Shown here: piece by piece, positions 52,381 through 64,000 of the stretch
How positions within the stretch are numbered: the stretch's first letter is position 1
Layout: each line of letters starts with the position of its first letter
Assembly (NCBI GenBank): GCA_964016885.1
Contig: OZ024741.1
Span: 376,340,001-376,404,000 of the forward strand
Direction: 5' to 3'
Length of the DNA stretch: 64,000 nt
Source of the DNA: Eledone cirrhosa
Lineage: Eukaryota
Program-made: the position numbers and the translations under genes
Notes under the pieces: model-generated
What the model saw: the letters and a program-made list of their open reading frames with translations, nothing else
Told to the model about the DNA's origin: nothing
Database searches by the model: none

Positions 52381-52666
52381 ATAATATAGATTATATGTAG
52401 AAAGAGAGAAGGAGGGGGGATATAGCATAGGCAAAGAGGAAGGATAAGTAAGGAAGACGAGAAAGAGATAGAGGAAGATTAAGAGGGATGAGGAAGCAGA
52501 GGGGAGAGAAATGAATCATGAGTATGGGGATATGAAGAAGAGAGAAAATAAAATAAACATACGGACGAATATACATTACTATGTACGCGAACACACACCA
52601 AACACTATACACACGCAAACGTATGCGCAGAGAAGAAGAAAAAAAAAAATAAACAGATAAAATAAA

Positions 52667-52997
52667 AATGGCGTAGATATACAATACAACAGGAGGAACA
52701 TAATAGTACCACTGATGATGTTGCAGATGTGCAATGAAAGAACTTTGTTAGACTATATATATATGTGTTTATATCTATATTATATCTGTATTTTTGACCG
52801 TTGGTCAGTCAATGGTAAACATTGAGGACCGAATGAATTAACTGCGGAGATATAAACGATACAGAAGCGAAAACCAACCAAAGAGTGAGTGTGTTCTGTT
52901 ATTATTTCTGGCAATATTATTACAACAATATGACCCTCAGCAAGTTTAACAATATTTGTTTCGACACACGATTTCATTTCAAAAACCTCGCAAAACA
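52667..52997 (+). mobile_element. Colinear copy of the ATGGCGTAG-HHR-ATGACCCTC non-autonomous element
   Basis: Aligns with 30118-30486; ends in (TA)n. Confidence 0.75.
52703..52756 (+). ncRNA. Minimal type I hammerhead ribozyme
   Basis: AUAGUacCA-CUGAUGA-u GUUGCA gaug UGCAAU-GAAA-GAAC-UU-UGuuagACUAU. Confidence 0.7.
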
Positions 52998-53059
52998 AAT
53001 ATATATATATATATAATATGTACACACGCATATATATACACACACACGCACACACACAT

Positions 53060-53090
<31 letters not shown>

Positions 53091-54189
53091 CATACATACC
53101 AGTGTTGGGCTAAATGTATGTGTCTGTGTCCCTCTCGTACCAATAACTGTGTTAAACTTAATGGCGTAAATTAGTGAGAGTAGAATCTTCGACGCAAAAT
53201 AACTAAACCGTATTATGTTTTTTATATATAAATTAAATACAATCATCTGTTAATACTTTTAGCTCATACAAACAAGAATATACTTTTAACAGAGTATTCT
53301 TGCATCCTTACAAAACAGTAATTTCTATGCTACTTACTTCTTTGCTTGCGGTAAGAAATGAGACGTATACGCATCTAATTAAAGTCTCGGGAATTTGGCA
53401 GATAAGACAAAATATAAAAAAAAATATATAACACGAATCTTTGCAGACATTGATAAGCCTTTGTCAGTTTGAATAATAAATAAATATTAATGGGAAAAAA
53501 TATTGTCTTTCTTTAATGTATTTGTATTTTCTCGTTATATAATATCAGTGGTATTTTACTTCTTGCTTTGCTGTTATTGATTATCACAGAGGTTTGTTAG
53601 AAATTACGGTAAACAAGAGAAAAAAGATATGAAGTATATAAATGAAAGAAGCAAAAGTAAACAACAACAAACATAACCATTAACAATCAACATTACTCAA
53701 AGTGAAAAAAAATATCTCTCGGTACAATTTGATGACCAGTGACAATGACAATAGCAATGACAATAGAAAATCATATATTACGGGCCTGTTATTTCGTTTA
53801 TCTCATTTCTGCACATTGTGAATAGTGACCAAAGAGAGCGCTGTGGAGTGACTTTTAACTTCCTGTGTGTGAATCTCAAATTTCGTGATATTTGTCTTTC
53901 CTGTGTCATTGACGTTCACGTCACCTACACCTCCATATCTCATCAACAGGACAGGATTATAAAATAAACTACATACAATTTTGTCGTTCTAATAATGTAT
54001 TGCATAAAACATTCGGATATTTTGAATATAGAAATGCAATTCTTGTCGAGGCATGTGTAAGCGAATCAATTGCTCACTAGGCCATCGTTTCACTATAAGA
54101 AACCCCAGCTTTCTGCTATACAGCAAAATAAACTGAGCATATCTGAATCCAGTTCCAAAGTATACAGAATAACGTAGTTTAAACCTGAT

Positions 54190-54350
54190 TAGCAGTATCG
54201 GTAGAGGCTCTGACGCCATGCTTTGTTGCATAGAGTTCAAATCCCGCCGAGTATGACTTTGCCTTCCATCCTTACGGGGTCGATAAAATAAAGCACCAGT
54301 AATGTACTGGAGTAATTGCTGGCCTTGTGCCAAAAATATAAACAATTATA
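54190..54350 (+). mobile_element. tRNA-derived SINE with Meta-like central domain
   Basis: A box TAGCAGTATCGG, B box GAGTTCAAATCC; same family as 52203-52380. Confidence 0.8.
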
Positions 54351-56161
54351 ATTTAAGGAAGTCCAGTGACGACGGCAACTCCTATTACTTTCACCAGCTA
54401 TAAATAGACCAAGGATTGCAAATTACGAAAATAAGATGGAGAGCCTATAGTAGCAAAACTGCAAAGCTTTGAACCAGTTTCTTATCGAGTAAGGAAGAAA
54501 TGCTACAAAGCATTTTGTCCGAAGCACTAATGATTCTGCTACAATAAATCGTGATACAACTTAGGATGATAATGGGTTAAATGATATCTCTTTTAGGTTT
54601 GCTGAAATAGGGCTGGTACTGGTGCTAAAATACTGTGCCATAATTTCTCTTATACCCTTTTCACTTAAATCCTGCCAAGTATACCAAGAAAATGGAAATA
54701 TTTGGGACATTTCAGAGCAGCTGTAATCAGAGAGATTATGATGCTACTTAAATGTGTTCCGAACATTTCCCAACAGAAGCTATTGTTCGGATAAACCATT
54801 TAATTTCAATAATTATATTGAACCCTTTGTCGGATAATGTTATATGCATTTAAGATTCTTTAAACACAGGTTTAGTAATTCGGCTAAAGCCACTCCTCAA
54901 TGAGAACATTGATGGATGAATTTAATTAAGAAATCTCTGACTTGTCCCTACATACAACACTTACACGAGATATTAGGATTTACATTCTATAAGGAAACGG
55001 AACAGAATGTGAATTCATATTCATCAACAAAATTTATTTGCGGTGCTTTTCAAATATTTATTTTGAATCATTGAAAATTCCATACTTGTTTTATCTATCA
55101 TTACTAATAATTAATGTGCTATATAGAGTATTACAGGTATTTCTTTAATCCTCATAGTAGAGATGGATGGCAAAGTCATTATCGGCGTGTGTTCAGTTGC
55201 TAGATAATGGGGAGTCAATGTTCAATTATCAGCAATGCTGATATCCCCTCACAATCAATATATGAATACATTTTGAATACATATGTTTTATGAATCAGCT
55301 ATATGTCACCATTCTAAACACTTTCACACAAAAAAGTTTAGATGAAGTTCCAATAACAATTTAATATGAAGGACGTGATCCTATAGAATTTGTCGACCAG
55401 ATTCCCCTGAGAAGATCTGTATGAGCTATATGAATTTAGACTCTTCTATGAAACTAATGTCAATGGCATCGGTAGCTTCCATTAAAATATAAAAGAATAC
55501 CCCATTAAGTTTATCTCTAAAATTTATCTTGCCCAAGGGGACAGTAGTCTGATTTCGTTTTTATATTGGCAACAGGAACATTCTTTCCCATTAACAAAAA
55601 TAATAACAATAATAGTAATAATAGCAATAATAATAATAACAATTTGACAACAACAACATCCTTCCATTCATTCCATTTCATAAGTTTTTGCTGTGTCCCT
55701 GCTAATCGTGCAACCTTTATTCATTTAACCAAAATGAGACGCACTGATCTGTTAAAGAAGAGTGCTATTTGACTCATTTCCATGGCCAACTCTGTGCGAA
55801 GCCAAATATCTTCAGATTATCGTCTCCTTGTAAACTTTTGTGTTGATCAAATTGTATAAATCTGCCAAATAGCATTAGTTAACGCAGCATTGAACCACTG
55901 GTTATCGCTCTAGCGAAAAAAAGATTAACCAAAATAAAAAGAAATATGATTCATGGATTCTTGTATATGAAGGAGCAATCATGTTATAGAAATATACTTT
56001 AAGTTATATAGCTTTCACGTATACAAGTTTCCCCTACACCAAAGATTGAATACACCATTTCTCCTCCCAAACCAACCCTTGAACACTTCAAATGTACTAC
56101 AAAAATACACAACCAAACATATGTTGCCTTTTATTATAGTTATTATTGTTTGTGTGGTTTA

Positions 56162-56217
<56 letters not shown>

Positions 56218-58212
56218 ATATATTTCTATTCTCGCTTGAATGATTGTTATCGTTTTTTTGCCATTGGCTTTTCATTACTTTTGTTTTAGTAAGTCTTTTT
56301 CAGAAAAATATGTTATATTTACATGTTTGTATCACGAAAACATATACTATGAGACCAGAGAATATTTTGTTTATTGATACCGCCAAAAGAAGACACCCTC
56401 ATTAGACGGTTATTAAACAATCAGGCCCAACTGCGCATTAACGTAGGTTAAATAAACCCCAATGGGTTCAAAAGACATTCGAAAAGTACGGTGTTAGTGA
56501 ACGCCAGAGTAGTGGACTATGATAAAATAAATTAGGAGATGCATAAAATGTGGGATGCCTTATACGGAACCCCTATCTACACCGCCAGAAAGCCCAAGTA
56601 CCATTGGCTGTACGCTGTTTCATTATGGGCAGTAAAAAATGGGCATAGTAAAGGTAAGCAAAATATGTGCCTAGGAACCCATCTTTGGTCACGTCGAACT
56701 GAATTTCTCTGATCTTTGAAAATAAACAAAAACTAACAGATTCCTTAAACAATGCCAGCATGAAAATAAAGAAATGTTCGCTGTGGACCTAGTTAAACAT
56801 TTACCACGACAAGTTTGTGGGCTTGCAATTTCTCGGCAACCTGGGTCACGGATCATTGCATCGTGGGTCGACTATAAAATGCTTGGGATTTGATTTGAAC
56901 AGAACTCTATATTGGAACTGACATGTAGTTACAGGATGGCTCTAATTGACAATGTTAGTATGCAGATAAGGGAAAACGTTCGGAAATCCTAGATATTGAA
57001 GCGATAACGAAGGACTTTACAGACTCGTTATGAATTCTAAAGGCATGGATGTGCCATAGGCTAGGCCAATATAAGATGTAAACATAGCAACACATAAATA
57101 TTCAGTGTTAAAATATTGCTGATACACAGCGTTAAGTATCTATCTAAAATGCTTTTCATTATAGGAAGGATTCGGCTATTGTCTGAATCCAGCACGAGAA
57201 TCGCAATACTACACTTGAAGTAGGTAATGAAAGGTAGTGCTCCTCTCACGGGCAGTGGTAGGCTGTTCAGGTTCCCAGGGAGCCCACGATAATATTTAGG
57301 AGCCCACTGTAGTATTTTAGGGTCCAAGGTTTTGCATTATAGAAATACCTGAAGTTATAGAGAAAAAATAACATTTTCTAAAAAATAAATAAAACAATTA
57401 AGCAAAGCATCTGGTCAAACAATTCCCTGGGGAATTAATAGAAACTAAAATATTAGATAATGCTAACAGACGGAATCACTGGTTGCACATCGTATTAAAT
57501 TTATAGCTTGCCGTATTCATTCATGCATACATATCTACATACATCCATACATAGACACACACACGTATATATACATGTGTATGTACATATATATACACAT
57601 ACACAAACACATATTCCAACACACATACACACACGCGCGCGCGCATACACACACATGTCTAAATATATATATACAGAGAGGGGGCACATGCACACACACA
57701 CACACACAAACATACACACACATATATATATATATATAATGTCAATTAGTGGTCAGTTCTTCAGTCTAGAGTCCCTAGGGAGAATGAGTCACGAAATAAT
57801 TTGTGTACAAGCTGAATCATATATGTATACATGTATATAAATATATAAATCTACCTATACACATGTACATGCACACACATACAAACACTCCCAGATATAT
57901 ATATTGAGTGACTGTGAAAGACCATATGTCATTATTGAAAGACCTTGGTGTGTATATTTCGCAAGGGTACTTTATATTTTTATGGGAGCAGGTAAGAACG
58001 ATCATCTGCATACTCTACTCTAAATAACAGTATACTATACATTCAAAATTATTTAAAAAATCAATTATACGATTCTGTATTTACATTAGGTATTACCATA
58101 TACTGCCAGAATTATGTACAGTATATTTATACTATAATTAGTAAAAAATACACATTTTACAACAGAAATTTGATTGCACTGTTTTGTTACCACTTGTGTA
58201 TATTTGAAAATG

Positions 58213-58968
58213 TTATATATATATAAAACTGAAATTGTCTGTGTGTGTGAGTGCGTGTCTTAATGTTGGCAAAGTCTATACAAATCCACATTTCTACTCC
58301 GATTGACTTCAAACTTGAGTTTATATATTCCGTGCGGTCTAAATATATTAACTGCAGCTTTTATTTTTCAATTTTCTGTTGTTAAAGGCGTTTTTCTTTT
58401 CACTAAAACTTTAAGCTCTTTTTGTCAGCTCAGTTCGGCATTTTGTCTACAATGTTCAAGAGAGACAACTCTTTAGTATTTTGAAAGAGCTACCTATATT
58501 ATCCCTACTTAAACGTACATCCCTTGAAATTGTTGATGGTGACCCAAATAGTAACTCCGAAGCGTTCGGCATCCGAAATAAGAGTTCGGTCTATATCAGA
58601 TTGGGTAAATTTTTGTAACCTTAAAAGTATCCAACTAAATTCCTTCATGCTCTCCACCACTGCAGTCCCACATGCTTACTGCTCTGTAATCTTCATTGTA
58701 CCATAGCACAACAAATACATGTTCGGTTTGTCGAATGCCATTTTACTTAACCCTATCGTCTCGGCTTTCGTGGGTTGAACATTTTACTCTCAGGCACCCA
58801 ATTAAGTTAAACCCTGGTAATATACGACGAATGTTTTGTATAAGCACAAAATGTAGACTCCATCCCCAGGCCGAGGTATGCCGCACTTCTTTGTACTGTT
58901 TCAGAATGGAGGGATAAACATGCCAATCTATGTTTATAAGCACGAACAACGCCGGGCAATTCTGCTAG
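58213..58968 (+). mobile_element. Possible non-autonomous Helitron
   Basis: 5' TATATATATAAAA start; 3' GC-rich imperfect hairpin gcacgaacaacgccgggc, then CTAG|T. Confidence 0.4.
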
Positions 58969-59424
58969 TTCATTATAAAAATGAAATGATAGCATCCTAA
59001 ACGTGGGTGGGACTTTTTGTCTCTTGACAACTACTATTTGTAGACCCAGTCCGTCACGATTAAATATGTTTGTAATCAATCACCTCTGGGAAGATGGTGA
59101 AGGTTGAAAGAGTGTATCTAGTAAATTTGGTGAAAAGATGGGTGAGTATGGTGAGTCTAGCACGGGTGAACAGGCCGCAATCAGCATGCGTCACTAGGTG
59201 GATGGTCCTGCAAGAAATAGGCGCTTACTCTTACTAGTAAGAACAACCGGGAATCGTTGGTCCATTTAGCTGTTCCCTATTAGGATACTGCATTTAATTT
59301 CCTTTTATATTTTTCCATTTACAAACCTCTTTGGTAAAGCTCGATTCTGTACAAAGCGCCATGGGTTTTATAATTTTTTCTTGCAATGTTACCTCATAGC
59401 TAACACTTGCGGCAGTAATACCAT

Positions 59425-59495
<71 letters not shown>

Positions 59496-59647
59496 ATCAG
59501 AAAATATATTTCTATCATTCAAACACTTATTCCACATAACAAAATCACGTAGGAAGATACATGCATGCATGTATGTATGTATGTATGTATGTATGTATGT
59601 ATGTATGTATGTATGTATGTATGTATGTATGTATGTATGCATGTATG
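59425..59647. repeat. (TAG)n and (ATGT)n microsatellites
   Basis: Direct reading. Confidence 0.95.
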
Positions 59648-60045
59648 TCAAAGGGCAAAGGAGCTCTTAAGAGTCAATGGCCATCCAAAATCACCGGGAG
59701 AGATGACCCCTTAGCTTTTGTCAAGGCAGAATTCTAGGAGAAAGAAAACTCTGATATAACACTTGCAACCCTGATGGTATCCAATGATGTTGACTTGTTC
59801 TTCTTTTTGGTAAATATCATCTTGGTTAAGAGAGTGGGACTGGCTTTGTGCAGTGCCTTTGCTCACTATAAAAGCTTCACGCCATAGGCATTGCTTTATA
59901 TCTGGAGATCTCTCTGTGTTTGTACCAGAGTTTTCAAGTCGCTGGCTGGACTAAAAAGTCACACTCGTTCAGCGCATCGGTTGGGGTTCTCCTACATGGA
60001 TATAAATGAGTGGACGTACTCGAAAACGAGTTGGCAGCCACCATG
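59648..60045 (+). mobile_element. Bipartite RTE-derived element: 5'-region part joined to an RTE 3' end with a C2H2-like motif
   Basis: 59648-59893 is similar to 60215-60603; then CVCTRVFKSLAGLKSHTRSAH and an (ATGT)n tail. Confidence 0.6.
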
Positions 60046-60064
60046 TATGTATGTATGTATGTAT

Positions 60065-60612
60065 GTCGGGTCACTCTTGAGTGCTACTGGTAACATGTAA
60101 CGCAGTACATCCTGTCGTATGGTCGGGTCGTCGGCGACTAAACTGGCAACCCCACCAAGTTTACTTGGTGAGGAGGGTGATTTTGGACACCCTGCAGGAC
60201 AAAAACAAAACCTGACAAAGGGCGGAAGAACTCATAAGTGTCAACGGCCATCCAAAAGTGTTGTAAATATGTATATACAGATGTCCATATGTATGTATAT
60301 GTGTATATACATGGGTGCATGTGTATGTATATGCGGGGGGACATAGAAATAGTCGGGCTTGACACCCGATAGCGCGATTATACCACTGGGAGTAAAGGAC
60401 CCCTAGCCTTTGTCAGGGCATTCTTCTAGAAGGCAACTCAGGAAACTGGGATAACTCCAATATTAAACCTGCGGCTCAGAAGTTACCGATGATGTTGATC
60501 TTTTCTTCTTTTCGGGTTATAGCTACTGTCATTCAGAGAGTGGGATTGGCTCAGTGCACAGTCTTTCCTCACTTTAAAAATATTCGTCACGCACAGGCAT
60601 TGCACGAGTGCA
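60065..60612 (+). mobile_element. RTE-related 5' region, same family as 41441-41966; possibly the 5' UTR of the downstream RTE
   Basis: gtcgggtcactc..gctactggtaacatgtaac..ttttggacaccctgcaggacaaaa is shared. Confidence 0.65.
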
Positions 60613-60899
60613 TTAATAATTAAATAAAGTACCAGTAAAACGCTGGGTAATTGCTGGCCTTGTGCCAAAAGTAGAAACAATTAATAATTAATTAATAGTG
60701 TACCATCATTATTATTATAATTATTACTATTATTATTACTTTTTTTTTTTTTTTTCTCCAATTCAATGATGTTCCAGAACAATATAAAAGAGATAATTGG
60801 CAATTTAGGTTCTGGAACAAAACGATAATTGGCAATAAGGGCAGGGCCCCAGGTTATCACAGCCTGGGCCCGCTCGTCATCGTGCCATTGTAATAGAGC

Positions 60900-63800
60900 C
60901 AAACAAGGCATTTAGTCTTGGCAGCTGGAACGTACGGACGCTGCTTGACAGGGATTCCTTGGAGCGTCCTGAACGAAGGACCGCTCTTGTTGCAAAGGAG
61001 CGTCGACGTTACGATCTTGACATCGTGGCTTTATCTGAGACGAGGTTAGCTGGAGATGGTCATCTTACGGAATTTTGTGGAGAATATACATTCTTCTGGA
61101 AAGGAAGAGATGAAGGAACCAGAAGAGAGGCTGGGGTAGGATTTGCTGTTAAGACTGTACTTGTGAATAAATTAGAAGAATTCCCAGTAGGGATTAGTGA
61201 GCGTCTTATGTCCATGAGAGTTCCGCTGGACAAGGGAAGATATGCTACCCTGGTGAGTGTGTATGCTCCAACTATGAATTCTGTCGATGAAGAAAAAGTG
61301 TCCTTTTACCATGCCTTGAAAGGTGTTTTAAGAAATATCCCTCAGGAAGACAAAGTCATCGTGCTTGGTGACTTTAATGCTAGAGTGGGTAGGGATTTTA
61401 ACACATGGAATGTAAAAGGCATGGGGTGGGAAAGTATAACAACGATGGTATGCTCCTGCTGCAGATGTCTGAGGAGCTGGATCTGTGTGTTACCAACACC
61501 ATGTTCCAACAAAAGAACAAATTCAAGACCACATGGATGCATCCTGCATCTAAGGAATGGCATCTTTTGGACTACATCCTAGTCAGGATGCGTGACAGAC
61601 AGGATGTGCAGTGTGTTCGTGCTCTTCGTGGAGCTGAGTGCTGGACGGATCACCGCTTGGTACGCGCAAAAGTGAAACTAATCACTAAACGTAAAATCCG
61701 GGCTCCTGGTGTTGCCCTGCCCAAAAGATTGAATGCTGCTCGTCTTAAGGATAAAAATGTGAAGAGGACATTGGAAGAAGAGATGCAGGCTGCAGATCTT
61801 GATGATGATTGGCCGACCCTTAAAAAGTCGGTTTATGATGTAGGCAGGCGTGTTCTGGGATTGGTGCAGAGAAAACATCAGGACTGGTTTAATGAGAATG
61901 ATGTACATATAGAAGACTTGTTGGCTGATAAGAGGCGTGCTCTGTCACGCTACTTGACGGCAAAACAACAGGAGAGGAATACGTTGCATGAGGAACTCAG
62001 GGATGTAAAATCACGTGTTAGGCGGAGTCTTTCTCAGATGAAGGATCAGTGGTGGAGTGAGAAGGCTGGTGAGATACAAACTGCGTCAGATTCCAATAAC
62101 ACAAAGCTGTTGTACAGTCTCTTGCGTGACGTTTATGGACCGTCTTCTTTGGTGACACCGCTTCGCAGCAAGGATGGCAAAGAACTTTTTCGTGACTCAC
62201 AAAGAATTCTACGAAGGTGGCGAGAGCACTTTGATGATCTTTTGAATCAGCCGTCTGTCGTCAGTGAAGATTTCCTCAATCTCATTCCAGAAAGTCCTGT
62301 GAAAGTTGCTCTCGCAGAACCTCCGACGCTTGTGGAGGTTGCAGTGGCTATTTCGAAGCTGAACAGTGGAAGATCTCCAGGTATGGATGGCATACATGCT
62401 GAGCTCCTACAATATGGTGGTGAGAGACTCCTGCAACATCTTCACTCTTTGTTTGGCAGGATATGGGCTAATGAATCAGTACCTGAGGACTGGAGAGATG
62501 CAGTAATGGTGGTCTTGTACAAGGGAAAGGGTAACAGGAATGATTGTGGGAACTACAGAGGTATATCATTGCTTTCTGTCGTGGGAAAGGTTTATGTAGG
62601 GTGCTTCTGGACCGTCTGCTGACACACATTGCAGATTGTGTTCTTCCTGAAAGTCAATCTGGTTTTCGTACTGGACGCGGCACTACTGATATGATCTTCT
62701 CAGCTAGACAGCTCCAGGAGAAGTGCATGGAACAAGGCTTGGATCTGTATCAGGTTTTTGTCGATCTGACAAAAGCTTTCGATACTGTTAACAGAGATGC
62801 ATTATGGAAGGTTCTCCAGAAACTTGGTTGGCCTGATAAGTTCCTTGCTTTAGTTAGGTCTTTCCATGACGACATGAAGGATTGGGTTAATGTCGGAGGT
62901 AACATGTCGGAGCCTGTCTCAGTAAAAAATGGAGTGAAACAGGGGGATATTCCGGCACCGACCCTGTTTGCCATATACTTTGCAATGGTTTTCTGTATTG
63001 CATTCAGGAATTGCGAGCATGGTGTTTACATCCAATATCGAACCTCAGGCAACATAATTAACATCAGGCGCTTTGCTGCGAAGACAAAAGTATTTACATC
63101 AATCATAAGAGACCTCTTGTATGCAGATGATTGCGATTTTGTATCGCACACAGAGAGTGATATGCAGCACATTTTGAATGCATTTTCTGACGCTTGCACT
63201 GCCCTAGGATTGACTGTCAGTCTCAAGAAAACTGTCGTCATGTACCAACCTGCCCCTGGTAAGCAGTACACTGAACCACACATCTATGTGTATGGCAAAC
63301 GACTTTAGTGGTTGATCAGTTTGTCTACCTGGGAAGCACTGTCAATCGATACGGCAACCTTGACAGTGAAATCTCACTTAGGATTAGGAAAGCAAGTGAT
63401 GCTTTCGAAAAGCTAGAAAGGCGACTCTGGGGTCGGCGAGACATATGCAGGAGGACAAAGGTAAAGGTGTACAGGGCATGTGTGCTCTCTTGTCTTCTTT
63501 ATGCCTGCGAGACCTGGGTCACATATCGACACCACCTTAAGCAATTGGAGCGTTTCCATCAGATGTGTCTCAGACGGATCCATGGCGTTCACTGGAGGGA
63601 CCACATCAGTGATGTCGAGATTTTGGAAAGCTCTATGTGTGACAGTATAGAAGCTCTTGTGCTTAAGCAACGACTCCGTTGGAGTTGTCACCTTGCCAGG
63701 ATGAAGGATTCTAGAATACCAAAACAACTCTTTTATGGAGAGTTGGTTAAAGGAAAACGACCGCCACATAAACCAAAAAAAGAGGTATAAGGATTCCTTG

Positions 63801-64000
63801 AAAGCCTCTCTGAAAGACGCTAACATCTCTGCTGATACATGGCAAAATGTTGCTGCTGATCGTAATAAATGGAGAAAGACTGTATATGAGGGAAAAGTTG
63901 CCTTTGAGGCATCTCGAATCGCATCCGAGAAAATAAAGCGGGATGTGAGGAAGGGCATTGCTGTTGCACTTCCAAACGGTGAGGGTCCTCCTATGGTGCT
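60900..64000 (+). pseudogene. RTE-clade LINE ORF (AP endonuclease plus RT), disrupted, runs off the window
   Basis: SWNVRTL, ERRTALVA, ALSETR, YAPT, GDFNARVG, TDH, SPGMDG, NYRGISLL, ESQSGFR, KAFD, GVKQG, YADD. Frameshifts near 61405, 62595 and 63780; stop at 63306-63308. Confidence 0.92.

Noticed and set aside
60065-60200. HDV-like or twister ribozyme at the RTE-related 5' end
   Set aside because: Hairpins are present, but I could not assign the required pseudoknots or catalytic residues.

Overview
AT-rich eukaryotic DNA with many microsatellites and no recognisable host gene apart from one possible 117-bp exon. The SINE and microsatellite content looks like an octopod cephalopod (inference only). 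Nearly everything identifiable is retroelement-derived: two near-identical Tx1/L1-clade LINEs inserted in (ATCT)n, two near-complete Penelope-like elements (Naiad-type RT plus GIY-YIG) with pseudo-LTRs, a third inverted Penelope fragment, RTE and CR1-type LINE remnants, tRNA-derived SINEs and a possible Helitron. The signal the ORF track misses is RNA-level. By eye I find about 19 type I hammerhead ribozyme (HHR) motifs in several sequence families. The most striking is a tandem array of a highly structured 467-bp unit (2672-4843). Each full unit carries a minimal HHR on the minus strand, and the array ends at the predicted self-cleavage site, so it looks like a retrozyme (circular-RNA retroelement) embedded in Penelope-type sequence. 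Other notable HHRs include a U3-A8 core variant and several with 35-105-nt stem II regions closed by a mismatched first pair. All folds and alignments were made by hand and need computational and experimental confirmation.
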